Source of the DNA: Candidatus Saccharimonadota bacterium
GTDB taxonomy: Bacteria; Patescibacteriota; Gracilibacteria; UBA1369; 2-02-FULL-48-14
Length of the DNA stretch: 32,000 nt
NCBI GenBank assembly: GCA_016699145.1
Contig: CP064962.1
Location: 1,230,001-1,262,000 of the forward strand
Direction: 5' to 3'
Part shown: piece after piece, positions 14,986-26,067 of the stretch
How positions within the stretch are numbered: the first letter of the stretch is position 1
Layout: each line of letters begins with the position of its first letter
Made by a program: the position numbers and the translations under genes
Notes under the pieces: model-generated
Told to the model about the DNA's origin: nothing
What the model saw: only the letters and a program-made list of their open reading frames with translations
Database searches by the model: none

Positions 14986-16086
14986 ATGAAATCAAAAGTT
15001 AAAGTGTTGGTGGGCATGTCCGGTGGTGTGGACTCTTCAGTGGTGGCAGCTCTGCTCAAAGAGCAAGGCTACGACTGTGTTGGCGTCTACATGAATTTAT
15101 GGGCGGACCCCACGGTCTTTGATCTGGAGGACAAAAAAAAATTTCCTCAAAACAAATGCTGCTCCATCGGTTCACTCATGGCGGCACGCTCCATTTGTCA
15201 GCGCCTGGACATCCCTTTTTACTCCATCAACTTTGAAGACGTTTTTAAAGAAAACGTAGTGGACTTTTTTTTAGAGGGTTTTCGTGAAGGTGAAACACCC
15301 AACCCTTGCGTGCGTTGCAATAAAACCGTGAAATTCGGTGTGCTCTTTAAAAAAATGGAGGAATTGGGCTGTGATTTTTTAGCCACCGGCCATTACGCCA
15401 AGCTCATCTCCAAAAAAGAGCTCATGGAACTGCACCGTGGGAAAGATCAAGCCAAAGATCAAACATATTTTCTCTACAATCTTTCTCAAGAGCGACTGAA
15501 GAAAATCCTTTTCCCTTTAGGGGATTACGACAAACCTGCCGTTAAAAAACTGGCGACAAAATTCGGGCTCAAAGAACTCAAAAACAAGCGAGAAAGTCAG
15601 GGAGTGTGTTTTTACCCTGAAAAAACCTATTTTGAATTTTTAAAGCGTTACTTAAAACCAGGAGAAGATTTTAAAGAGGGCGACATTGAAGATATCAGCG
15701 GGCAGAAAATCGGCACTCACACAGGGCTGCCTTTTTACACCGTAGGGCAGCGCAAAGGCATCGGCGTGGGAGGAGGGGCCGCGCTCTACGTTCAAAAAGC
15801 AGATTCCATTCGCAATGTGCTCATTGTGGGTTCTCAGGAAGATCTTCTAGTGGAATCTGTGTCCTTGCGTGAGGCCAATTTTTTAGCAGGCACGCCTCCC
15901 GACCTCACTGAAGAACTGCAAGCCAAAATCCGCAGTCAAGGCAGCCTCACCCCCTGCCATGTCCTTCAAAAAGGGAAAAATTTTCAAGTCCAATTCAAGG
16001 AACCTCAGCGAGCCATCATGGCTGGCCAATCACTCGTACTTTACCGGGGCACGGAACTCGTTGGAGGGGGAATCATGATGGTATAG
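14986..16086 (+). CDS. mnmA: tRNA 2-thiouridine(34) synthase
   Basis: PP-loop VGMSGGVDSSV, catalytic NPCVRCN, then ATGHYA and KDQTYFL. Confidence 0.95.
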   Translation: MKSKVKVLVGMSGGVDSSVVAALLKEQGYDCVGVYMNLWADPTVFDLEDKKKFPQNKCCSIGSLMAARSICQRLDIPFYSINFEDVFKENVVDFFLEGFREGETPNPCVRCNKTVKFGVLFKKMEELGCDFLATGHYAKLISKKELMELHRGKDQAKDQTYFLYNLSQERLKKILFPLGDYDKPAVKKLATKFGLKELKNKRESQGVCFYPEKTYFEFLKRYLKPGEDFKEGDIEDISGQKIGTHTGLPFYTVGQRKGIGVGGGAALYVQKADSIRNVLIVGSQEDLLVESVSLREANFLAGTPPDLTEELQAKIRSQGSLTPCHVLQKGKNFQVQFKEPQRAIMAGQSLVLYRGTELVGGGIMMV

Positions 16087-16095
16087 AATAGCAGC

Positions 16096-16656
16096 ATGGG
16101 AATTGAAAGGATCTTGTCCGGTGATGCCATAGCGGCCGCTTCTATTATGGCTCCCGCCATTATTCGCAAGAATCCAAAATACCGCAAAAAAATCAAGGAA
16201 CGACTCGCGACATTAAAACGTCCAAGTCCAAAATCGGTTGAGCTAGAAAAGCTGGGATGGGCTTACCATCTGTCGAATCTTTTTCTCATCAGTGGATTCG
16301 TTGCAGGTGGAATTCTAATGGCGCGAGCTTTGGGCGACGAACCTTCTGTAGTGAGCATCATCAATCTTTTTATTCGATTGTTCATGCTACCGTTTGCGAT
16401 TGAACTGCTTCTTTTGATGCTCTACGAGCTCGTGCCCACTTATAAAAACTATCATTGCGCACAAGAGTTGGAACGCCTGCTTTACATGGCTGGAGAAATA
16501 AATTTGGAGCCGAATTCAGAAAGATTTTTCACGCGCCTCAAAGAGATCTCCAGTAAATACGATCTAGATAAACAGGCCAGACGAGAAAAAAAGACCTACC
16601 TACTCTGTCTGCTATTTCTCGCTAGCCTTACAGTTATTGTGGGTTTATTCCGTTGA
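16096..16656 (+). CDS. Hypothetical integral membrane protein
   Basis: 186-aa ORF with 3-4 hydrophobic helices (LFLISGFVAGGILMA, LFIRLFMLPFAIELLLLML, LLCLLFLASLTVIVGLF). No recognised family. Confidence 0.6.
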   Translation: MGIERILSGDAIAAASIMAPAIIRKNPKYRKKIKERLATLKRPSPKSVELEKLGWAYHLSNLFLISGFVAGGILMARALGDEPSVVSIINLFIRLFMLPFAIELLLLMLYELVPTYKNYHCAQELERLLYMAGEINLEPNSERFFTRLKEISSKYDLDKQARREKKTYLLCLLFLASLTVIVGLFR

Positions 16657-16675
16657 AATCCAAGCTCTTATCATC

Positions 16676-16704
16676 TGGTAAAATTCCCTTTTTTCTGCTA
16701 TAAT
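16676..16704 (+). promoter_or_regulatory. Putative promoter of the sortase gene
   Basis: A perfect TATAAT at 16699-16704, with a weak -35 TGGTAA (16676-16681) at 17-nt spacing. Confidence 0.35.
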
Positions 16705-16723
16705 TGAGGGATAAAACAGAGCC

Positions 16724-17611
16724 ATGAATTCCCTTCAATCGAAAATACAACAGTGGGCCCACCAAGTGGACAGAAAAGGGCTTAAAGCCGAAGAAGCCGA
16801 TCATCTGCGTTTGGATCTTTTGGCTCACGAAAAAGTGCAGTGGAATGCACAGTTCCCCACTCACCGTTCTTCCTTTGAAAATTTAAGGCGCTTTGCCACA
16901 ACAGCACTGGCACTTTTTTTATTGTTCTTCACGCTGACCAACGCACCGGCCTACGGGAAAATGGCTCTGGCCAGCCTTCAAGAAAACTGGCAAAATCATC
17001 AAAATTCTCAGCCACTGACCCCGCTCACCGTTCTAGAAAACGACCCCTGGACAGGAGCAAAACACCAATCGGAAGCCTTACTCGCCACAGAGCCTCGGCT
17101 CCTAGCCCCTCAAGCGGACTACGAGCTCCCGCCCTTGGCTGCACCCGTTTCTTACGAAAACCGCATCCAAATCCCAACTTTGGACATCAATGCCCCCATT
17201 GTGGAACCGAGTCTGGGCCTTTCCGCCCTTCAAAATAAGGATTGGGCAGCACTTGAAGAGCAAATCCACAGCGCTTTGACTCAAGGCGTAGTACATTTTC
17301 CGGGCACCGCAGAGCCCGGCCAGCAAGGGAACGCTTTTTTGACCGGACACAGCTCCAACGTGCTCTGGGAACAAAGCGCTTATAACACGGTCTTTGCTCT
17401 TTTACCCAAAATAAAAATCGGCGATGAAATTTGGGTGACTTACAATCAAACCGAGTACCGTTACACCGTAACTGAACGCAAAGAAGTCAGCCCCAAAGAC
17501 GTCAGTGTATTGAAACAAGGGGAAGGGAAAACCCTCACTTTGGTCACCTGCACTCCGGTAGGAACCACCTTGCGTCGCCTCGTGGTGACGGCTGTTTTGA
17601 ATGAGAATTAA
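16724..17611 (+). CDS. Sortase-family transpeptidase (N-terminal cytoplasmic segment + TM anchor)
   Basis: Catalytic triad context: FLTGHSS (His), TLVTCTP (TLxTC Cys), LRRLVV (Arg). The TM anchor is ALALFLLFFTL. Confidence 0.88.
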   Translation: MNSLQSKIQQWAHQVDRKGLKAEEADHLRLDLLAHEKVQWNAQFPTHRSSFENLRRFATTALALFLLFFTLTNAPAYGKMALASLQENWQNHQNSQPLTPLTVLENDPWTGAKHQSEALLATEPRLLAPQADYELPPLAAPVSYENRIQIPTLDINAPIVEPSLGLSALQNKDWAALEEQIHSALTQGVVHFPGTAEPGQQGNAFLTGHSSNVLWEQSAYNTVFALLPKIKIGDEIWVTYNQTEYRYTVTERKEVSPKDVSVLKQGEGKTLTLVTCTPVGTTLRRLVVTAVLNEN

Positions 17612-17949
17612 ACCGCAGGAGCAGGGGGCGGAGCAGCATTGGGCTCATCCAATTGTTTGAGCAAAGCCTCTTGGGCAGCTGCTTCAGAAACCTCTTCTTT
17701 AGCCTCAGCTTTTTCAAGTCCCTCACGGTCTTGCTTACGTTGAAAATCGCTCCATTCATCCAGGTGCTTTTGATTGAGCTTCGTCAGATCCGACTGATAT
17801 TGATCGTCGAGCTTAGCCAATTGAGCCGCCTCTTCCACTAAAATACTCTTGAGACGCGTCACTTGATCCTCCGTCATGATCGGCAAAATCTGAAACCAGT
17901 ATTCGCGCTCCTCATCTGTCATGGACTCCGTTTTTTTGATCATTTCCAC
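17608..17949 (-). CDS. Acidic, coiled-coil-like hypothetical protein; start uncertain
   Basis: The ORF has GTG 17949 and ATG 17943 as possible starts. It contains ESMTDEEREYWFQILPIMTEDQVTRLKSIL and then an E/K/Q-rich helix. The frame stays open and protein-like upstream to 18069 without a canonical start codon. Confidence 0.6.
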   Translation of the reverse strand: MEMIKKTESMTDEEREYWFQILPIMTEDQVTRLKSILVEEAAQLAKLDDQYQSDLTKLNQKHLDEWSDFQRKQDREGLEKAEAKEEVSEAAAQEALLKQLDEPNAAPPPAPAV

Positions 17950-18116
17950 AAGCTCTGGATATTTTTCCAGAACAACAGGAGGAATAGTGAATTGTTTTCC
18001 AGAGCCGGAAGCCGCAGGAGGGTTCCCGAGCCATTGGCGGGAGGAGGCGTGGTAGAATCCATAAGCGAACTATACGCGTGAAGAATGAATAAATCTACAA
18101 ATTATATCAAAAATAA

Positions 18117-20171
<2,055 letters not shown>

Positions 20172-20179
20172 AAGCCAGC

Positions 20180-21223
20180 TCATAAAACCTGTCGAACCGC
20201 TTTCATCAAACGGAAAGACCCCACAAAAACCACAAAAGGAACTTCTTTCAAAAGTTCAGGGATGGAAGCGGAAGACAAATCCGGGGGCTGAAGGCCCGCG
20301 CGTTCATCGTGCAGTTCAATCCAATGACTTCGCTGCCTAGGAAAAAGTCGCCACAAATCTGGATTTTTATCCTTCAAAAAGTGGATGCCGAAGTGAGGCT
20401 CTGGCAACTTTTCACGACGCGTAAAATCCTGCACTTGCTCCAGCACAAATTGCACGCTGTCGTAAGTGTGGGCACCGTCTAAAATCACGACCTGAGACCC
20501 TCGCTTCGCCACTTCAAATCGTCCGGGCAAAAGCAAGTGAGCCAGTTTTTCTTCAATGACACTGTCCATCGAGTAACCCAAAAAATCGGCGGCGGAAGCA
20601 GCAAGCCCCACACTCTCAGGATGATGATTGCCCAGCTCAAAAGCAGGAGCAATCTGCACCTCGTAACCGCTGTGTTCAATCTCGGCAAAAACTTCAGGAA
20701 CTTGTTGAACACCGGTCATCAGTGGCACACCTTTTCGGCAAATACCCAGTTTTTGACGAGTGATTTCACCGAGCGTGTCCCCCAATTGTTCCTGATGTTC
20801 CAATTCCACATGGGTCAAAATGCTCAAGGCTTTTTGCGTCGCGACATTGGTCGCATCGTGGAGTCCTCCCAGCCCACACTCCACCACCAAAAGTTCACAA
20901 TTTTGCTCTTTAAAATATTCATAAGCCGCCAAAGTTTGCACTTCAAAAACGCTGAGTAGAGGCCCTATTTCTACAATTTTTTCTTTGAGCCGCTCGAAAT
21001 CTTCCGATGAAATGTTCACGCCATTCACCGCAACCATTTCACATTCGTCCTCAATGAACGGGGAGGTGAAAAGTCCAACTCTCTCACCATGAAGTTCAAT
21101 GATTTTAGCGAGCAGAGTGGCCACGGTTCCTTTGCCTTTGGAGCCGGCAATATGCACCATGGGAATGGAGAGGCCGCCCAACTTTTCAAAGGCGGCTCGA
21201 ACATTTTCTAAAGTGTAATTCAT
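20180..21223 (-). CDS. folC: Folylpolyglutamate synthase/dihydrofolate synthase-like Mur-ligase-family protein (short form)
   Basis: P-loop VHIAGSKGKGTVA, ECGLGGLHDATN and LDGAHT. ATG 21223 overlaps the dnaX stop (ATGA). At ~348 aa it is shorter than typical FolC, so the exact activity is uncertain. Confidence 0.78.
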   Translation of the reverse strand: MNYTLENVRAAFEKLGGLSIPMVHIAGSKGKGTVATLLAKIIELHGERVGLFTSPFIEDECEMVAVNGVNISSEDFERLKEKIVEIGPLLSVFEVQTLAAYEYFKEQNCELLVVECGLGGLHDATNVATQKALSILTHVELEHQEQLGDTLGEITRQKLGICRKGVPLMTGVQQVPEVFAEIEHSGYEVQIAPAFELGNHHPESVGLAASAADFLGYSMDSVIEEKLAHLLLPGRFEVAKRGSQVVILDGAHTYDSVQFVLEQVQDFTRREKLPEPHFGIHFLKDKNPDLWRLFPRQRSHWIELHDERAGLQPPDLSSASIPELLKEVPFVVFVGSFRLMKAVRQVL

Positions 21224-22602
21224 GCACTGGAAGACAGAGGTTCTTCTACCGTTTCCCAACCCAGAGGATCATCGAGCATTTTATCAAGTTCCAAAAAAAG
21301 TTTCACTTCATGTCCCAAAACGGCCTTAAACGCATTTTCAATGGTGACTAAACTTTGAGGCTCTCGACTTTTATTCAAATGAAATTCTGAAGTGAAGCCA
21401 AAGGTCAAAGATTGTTCCTCCATTTTTTTCAATTTTCCCGTTTGAAAAGAGACGCGCAAAGCTGGATTGCTGAGCATGGCATAAACTTTAGGCAACTGCT
21501 GGATCAAAGCTTCTCGATGCAAAAACATTTCACCCTTCGGAGCTTCCGCCGTGACCGGGCGGGGGCCTTCCTCTTTTTGTGCCTCGGGATGATGAGTCGC
21601 GCGCACCACAGCAATTTCTAAAGGCAAAGTGGCAATGCTGGCTCGTTTCAATTTGATCCAGGCGTCGTCAAACAGTTGAATCCATTCCAAAAGCTTTGGC
21701 AACACCGCTGTCTTTTTTTGCTCCACAGCCTCATGCAATTTCTTTCGCAGCAGTCCTAAAAATGCCACAGTAAAGGCCTGCAAATCCATACCTTCTTTAT
21801 ACAAATTTTCAATGAGTAGCAAAGCTTTTGAAGCATCGCAACTGCCTAAAGCGCCATACAGCTCTTCGCAGTATTGATGACCGACCAGCCCCAAGCGCTC
21901 TTGCACCAAAGCGAGCGTCACAGGTTCGTTAGACAGTTGTTCAAATAAAGAGAGCGCATCACGCATGCCTCCATCGGCAACTTTTGCAATGCATTCCAAA
22001 GCGCTCCGCTCCGCGTCGCGCCCTTCTTCTTTTGCCACAGCTTCCAAATGCGACACAATATCGCGTTCAGAAATGCGCTTGAAATCATAACGTTGGCAGC
22101 GCGACAAAATCGTCTCGGGTATTTTATGAATTTCTGTCGTCGCTAAAATAAAATAGACGTGCGGAGGAGGTTCTTCCAAGCTTTTTAAAAGAGCATTGAA
22201 GGCTTCCTTGGTGAGCATGTGCACCTCATCAATGATATAAACTTTAGACTTGGCCCGAGTGGGAGCAAAACGGATTTTTTCACGTAGGTCACGAATTTCA
22301 TCGATTCCACGATTGCTGGCAGCATCCACTTCCACTAAATCCACCAACTCATTGCGGGCATTCAGCTGGCAAATCTCGCATGTGCCACAAGGTTCTCCGC
22401 TGGCCAGACGACTTTCACATTGAATGGCTTTGGCCACGAGCCGCGCGGTCGAAGTTTTGCCTGTACCACGAGGACCCGAAAACAAATAGGCATGAGAAAG
22501 GCGACCCTGCTTAAGGGCTTCCAACAAAGTGACTCGAATAGGGGTTTGCCCCACAAGGTCTTCAAAACGTTGAGGTCGATATTTACGATAAAGAGCAGTC
22601 AT
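21220..22602 (-). CDS. dnaX: DNA polymerase III subunit gamma/tau
   Basis: YRKYRPQRFEDLVGQ, GPRGTGKTS, the Zn module CESRLASGEPCGTCEIC, YIIDEVHML and SRCQRYDF. Confidence 0.95.
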   Translation of the reverse strand: MTALYRKYRPQRFEDLVGQTPIRVTLLEALKQGRLSHAYLFSGPRGTGKTSTARLVAKAIQCESRLASGEPCGTCEICQLNARNELVDLVEVDAASNRGIDEIRDLREKIRFAPTRAKSKVYIIDEVHMLTKEAFNALLKSLEEPPPHVYFILATTEIHKIPETILSRCQRYDFKRISERDIVSHLEAVAKEEGRDAERSALECIAKVADGGMRDALSLFEQLSNEPVTLALVQERLGLVGHQYCEELYGALGSCDASKALLLIENLYKEGMDLQAFTVAFLGLLRKKLHEAVEQKKTAVLPKLLEWIQLFDDAWIKLKRASIATLPLEIAVVRATHHPEAQKEEGPRPVTAEAPKGEMFLHREALIQQLPKVYAMLSNPALRVSFQTGKLKKMEEQSLTFGFTSEFHLNKSREPQSLVTIENAFKAVLGHEVKLFLELDKMLDDPLGWETVEEPLSSSA

Positions 22603-23711
22603 GCCTCCAGCTTAGCATGTTCAATCATGGATTTCATGGCTTTTTTAAAGGCTTTTTCTGAAAACTGCTGCGCGTGTTTAGCAATCTTTTCGGCATCAAA
22701 CTCTTTTTCATGGATCAGCAATTGAGTGAGCCCCGCTTCCATGCTCTCTACGCTGAGTTCATTAAAAAATTCACCCGTCACGCCTTCGATCATGGTTTCA
22801 GTCAATCCTCCTTTTCGATAAGCCAGAACAGGTTTGCCACAGGCCATGGCCTCCACCGGTGCAATGCCAAAATCCTCTTCCCCAGGGAAAATAAAGGCTC
22901 GACAATTTTCAAAATATTCTTTGGTCACGTCATCCGATTTATAGCCCAAAAAGTCGATATTGTTCGCCGCCATGCTTTGCAGCCGCTTCGCATCCGGCCC
23001 CTGCCCAATGATCACGAGCCGCTTCCCAATTCGGTTGAAAAGTTCCACAGCCAGATCAATGCGCTTGTATTTTGTGAGCTGAGACACGATTAAAAAATAG
23101 CCCTCATTTTTTTTATGCGGACGGAAACGTTCCGTGTCCACGGGCGGATGAATCACTAGCGAATCTTCACGATAATATTTGCGAATGCGATCTTGCACGG
23201 TCTTGGAATTGGCCAGTTTAAGGTCCACTCGCTTTGCCGCCAAATAGTCCCACATGCGAACCTCATGCAAAAGGCCACTGACCACACTTTCTCCAATCAT
23301 GCCCAGTTGCTGTTCTTTGAGGTATTGATGGGTGTAATCCCAGGCATAGCGCATGGGGGAGTGATAATAGCAAATATGTCGAGTTTCCAAATTGGTCACC
23401 ACGCCATGAGCATAAGCACTGGAGCTGGAAACCACCACGTCGTAATCGCTGAAATCCAAACGCTCCATTGCGCCCGGCATCAGCGGAAACAAGAGTTTGT
23501 GCATGCCTGGCAAAAAACGAGGAAATTTTTGCAAATATGAAGTTTTCACTCGTTCGCGAGGGAACAAATGCCCCATTTTTTTCTCATCGTAAAGCAAGGT
23601 GTAAACGGGCGCCTCGGGGTAAAGCTCCATCAATACTTTGAGCACACGTTCGGCACCTCCAGGCCGTAGTAAAAAATCATGGACGAACGCGACTTTGGGC
23701 AGATGAGACAT
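22599..23711 (-). CDS. Glycosyltransferase family 4 (GT-B)
   Basis: GGAERV near the N-terminus. The C-terminal E-x7-E region is PGEEDFGIAPVEAMACGKPVLAYRKGGLTE. Confidence 0.9.
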   Translation of the reverse strand: MSHLPKVAFVHDFLLRPGGAERVLKVLMELYPEAPVYTLLYDEKKMGHLFPRERVKTSYLQKFPRFLPGMHKLLFPLMPGAMERLDFSDYDVVVSSSSAYAHGVVTNLETRHICYYHSPMRYAWDYTHQYLKEQQLGMIGESVVSGLLHEVRMWDYLAAKRVDLKLANSKTVQDRIRKYYREDSLVIHPPVDTERFRPHKKNEGYFLIVSQLTKYKRIDLAVELFNRIGKRLVIIGQGPDAKRLQSMAANNIDFLGYKSDDVTKEYFENCRAFIFPGEEDFGIAPVEAMACGKPVLAYRKGGLTETMIEGVTGEFFNELSVESMEAGLTQLLIHEKEFDAEKIAKHAQQFSEKAFKKAMKSMIEHAKLEA

Positions 23712-23715
23712 GGGC

Positions 23716-24786
23716 CTATTTTAACGCGTTGGATCCATTAAACAACAGCACAAGGCTTTTTGCGGCTTTTTCCCAAGAAAATTGCTCCAGTCGTTTTTTC
23801 CCTTTCAAACTCAAAATAGCCATATGCTCGGGTTCATCAATCAGTTGCAGCATGGCTTTTGCAAAAGCGCGGGTATCTTTAGGGTCGGCATAAAGCACCG
23901 CATCGCCACCCACTTCTCGCAAGACAGCTAAATCCGAGCAAAGCACGGGGCAACCGGCTTGAAACGCTTGAAGCAGGGGGAAGCCAAAACCCTCTTCCAA
24001 AGTAGGAAACACAAAAGCAGTGGCCCGAGCATAGAGGTCCGCCACTTTTTTTTCATCTAAAAATCCAGGTAAATCCACGCCTTTTTGTTTTTGAGCTTTC
24101 ACTTCCCATTCCTTCCATCCAAAGCCACTGCGCCCTGCCAAAACCAAGCGAGCCATTGAATACTTTTTTTGTACAATGGCAAAGGCATCCAACAAAACTC
24201 CCAGATTTTTTTTTGCTTCCAAACGGCCCAAATAAAAGAACAAAGGCTCTTTGGCTCGAGGACCAGCTTTGAGGGGCAAATCCAAGCTCAAAGGGCCATG
24301 AGGAATCACCGTCACTCGTGCCTCGTCAATCTTATAAAAGTGCATCAAATCGGCTTTCACGGCTTCGCTGGGCACCAGCACAGTCTGAGCTTTTCGCACG
24401 GCACGGCGCGTGCTCCATCGCAAATAACGGCGTGCATTTGAACCATAAGCTTTCGGAATTTTTTCAAAAGCGATGTCATGGATCATCACAAAGCTTCGCA
24501 CCGGAGCAAAAAAAGGCAAAACATGAGCCGGAACAAACAAAAGATCCGGTTTATGTAAAAGCATTTCCAAACTCAAACGCAGCACACTCCAAAAACGCGG
24601 GGCCCAGAGCAATTTCTGTTTCTTTTCAGGGAATTCGGCAATTGTTTTTGGGGTGTAAAGTCGAACCTCCCCCTTCCATTCTTGCAAAAGCGCACGAATG
24701 ATTTCAGTGCTGTAACGCTCCACTCCTGTGGGTTTAGGGTGGATGCTGCGAGAGGCATCAATTCCGAGAAGAAGTTTGGAGGGCAC
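23716..24786 (-). CDS. Glycosyltransferase family 4 (GT-B)
   Basis: LLGIDAS..TGVERY at the N-terminus and PTLEEGFGFPLLQAFQAGCPVLCSDLAVLREV near the C-terminus. GTG start at 24786. Confidence 0.9.
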   Translation of the reverse strand: MPSKLLLGIDASRSIHPKPTGVERYSTEIIRALLQEWKGEVRLYTPKTIAEFPEKKQKLLWAPRFWSVLRLSLEMLLHKPDLLFVPAHVLPFFAPVRSFVMIHDIAFEKIPKAYGSNARRYLRWSTRRAVRKAQTVLVPSEAVKADLMHFYKIDEARVTVIPHGPLSLDLPLKAGPRAKEPLFFYLGRLEAKKNLGVLLDAFAIVQKKYSMARLVLAGRSGFGWKEWEVKAQKQKGVDLPGFLDEKKVADLYARATAFVFPTLEEGFGFPLLQAFQAGCPVLCSDLAVLREVGGDAVLYADPKDTRAFAKAMLQLIDEPEHMAILSLKGKKRLEQFSWEKAAKSLVLLFNGSNALK

Positions 24787-25426
24787 GATCCGCTAAGGTT
24801 AGCGCTGCAATGGACTTCGCACCGCTCGCCTCAAGGGCGGCCCGGCACGCAAGCAGCGTAGATCCGGTGGTGACTATATCATCCACCAGAAGGATTTGGC
24901 TACTCTCCGCAAAGATTTTTTCAAAGCCTTTTCGCACGCGAAAAACTTCTTTCATGTTTTCCAAACGGTCCCGTTTTTCCAAATGAGCCTGATGGCCGGT
25001 GTCTTTCACACGCTCAAGTCCATCCGCCACGCCGCAAGCAAAATAGCGCGCCACCGTTCGTGCCAAGAGTTCCGCTTGATTGTATCCCCGTTCCAACAAA
25101 CGACTTTTATGCAAAGGGACAGGAACTAAAATCACCTGACTCGGCTCCCAAAACAATTCCAAACTTCGGCGTAAAGCAGGGGCAAAGTAACGGTACACAT
25201 CGGCCTGATGCTTGTATTTAAGTCCGTGCACCAATTGTGCCAGCACCGAATCCGGTTCGTAATAGCAAGCAGCAGCCACTTTCAAGGCAGCCTGGGGGGT
25301 TTCAACCACTCGCACATGAGGCTCAAACGGCAAAAGATCTCGACATCGCGCGCAAAGAGGCTCATCTAAATAACCACAAACCAGGCATAAACTGGGAAAG
25401 AAAAGTTTGAGAAGACCATGAATCAT
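24758..25426 (-). CDS. comF: ComF-family protein (phosphoribosyltransferase domain)
   Basis: N-terminal Cys pairs (CLVCG..CARC), GYNQAELLA and the PRTase motif ILLVDDIVTTGSTL. Confidence 0.85.
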   Translation of the reverse strand: MIHGLLKLFFPSLCLVCGYLDEPLCARCRDLLPFEPHVRVVETPQAALKVAAACYYEPDSVLAQLVHGLKYKHQADVYRYFAPALRRSLELFWEPSQVILVPVPLHKSRLLERGYNQAELLARTVARYFACGVADGLERVKDTGHQAHLEKRDRLENMKEVFRVRKGFEKIFAESSQILLVDDIVTTGSTLLACRAALEASGAKSIAALTLADRALQTSSRN

Positions 25427-25496
25427 TCCTAAAGGCTAGCACAAAAGACCTGACAAAACCCTGAAATCCATAAAGTGAGATTCTGTGAATGAAAGT

Positions 25497-25524
25497 TTGG
25501 GTGAAAAGCATCCTGTGCTACACT
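25497..25524 (+). promoter_or_regulatory. Putative promoter of the NUDIX/helicase operon
   Basis: TTGGGT (25497-25502), a 16-nt spacer, then TACACT (25519-25524). It is followed by the 7-bp inverted repeat CTAGTCT/AGACTAG (25523-25542). Confidence 0.4.
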
Positions 25525-25545
25525 AGTCTCAACTAAGACTAGAAT

Positions 25546-26067
25546 ATGCATCATAAACCCTCACATCAGGGAGGGGGAGCTCGAACCGGCCCCAACCCTC
25601 ACAAGCCCAAAAAGCAACGCTCGCCACAAGGTACTCGTCGCAGTGTTCATGAAAAATCCTGCGGCATCATTGTGTACCGCCGGACAGCAGAAGGGCTCAA
25701 GTTTTTACTGCTCCATTACCCCGGAGGACACTGGGATTTTCCCAAAGGTCACGTAGAAAAAAAGGATGCCGATGAAAAAGCAACAGCCCGTCGTGAACTT
25801 CAAGAAGAAACGGGCATCATTCAAGTGGACTTCAATCCGGGCTACAGGGAAGCCATGTACTACGAATTCAACCGAGGTTACAAAGCGCGTGTCAAAAAAG
25901 TCGTCGTTTATTTTTTAGCCGAAACTAAAGAAGAAGCCGTCGCGATTTCTTTTGAGCATCAAAATTTTGTGTGGTTGCCTTACGAGGAAGCCCTGAGCCG
26001 CCTGACCTACGAAAACGCCAAAGAATTGATCCGTAAAGCTCAGCCTTATCTCAGCCATGACTTTTGA
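25546..26067 (+). CDS. NUDIX hydrolase (Ap4A-hydrolase-like) with a basic low-complexity N-terminal extension
   Basis: NUDIX box GHVEKKDADEKATARRELQEETGI. The core begins at SCGIIVYRR. The first ~35 aa are rich in H, P, K, R and G. Confidence 0.88.
   Translation: MHHKPSHQGGGARTGPNPHKPKKQRSPQGTRRSVHEKSCGIIVYRRTAEGLKFLLLHYPGGHWDFPKGHVEKKDADEKATARRELQEETGIIQVDFNPGYREAMYYEFNRGYKARVKKVVVYFLAETKEEAVAISFEHQNFVWLPYEEALSRLTYENAKELIRKAQPYLSHDF

Noticed and set aside
16096-17949. Sortase with neighbouring membrane and acidic proteins considered as a sortase-substrate cassette.
   Set aside because: None of the proteins in the window carries an LPxTG-like sorting signal followed by a hydrophobic segment and a basic tail, so no substrate pairing can be supported here.
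21423-21429. An A7 run (minus strand, ..TTG AAA AAA ATG..) in dnaX as a possible gamma/tau programmed frameshift site.
   Set aside because: The heptamer is not in the canonical X XXY YYZ phase (the preceding base is G). It lies ~65 codons from the C-terminus of an already short DnaX, and I see no downstream stem-loop.
25523-25529. The heptamer CTAGTCT recurs near two promoters (25523-25529/25536-25542, and in reverse complement at ~31969-31975).
   Set aside because: A given 7-mer is expected ~4 times by chance in 32 kb counting both strands. That is insufficient evidence for a shared regulatory motif.
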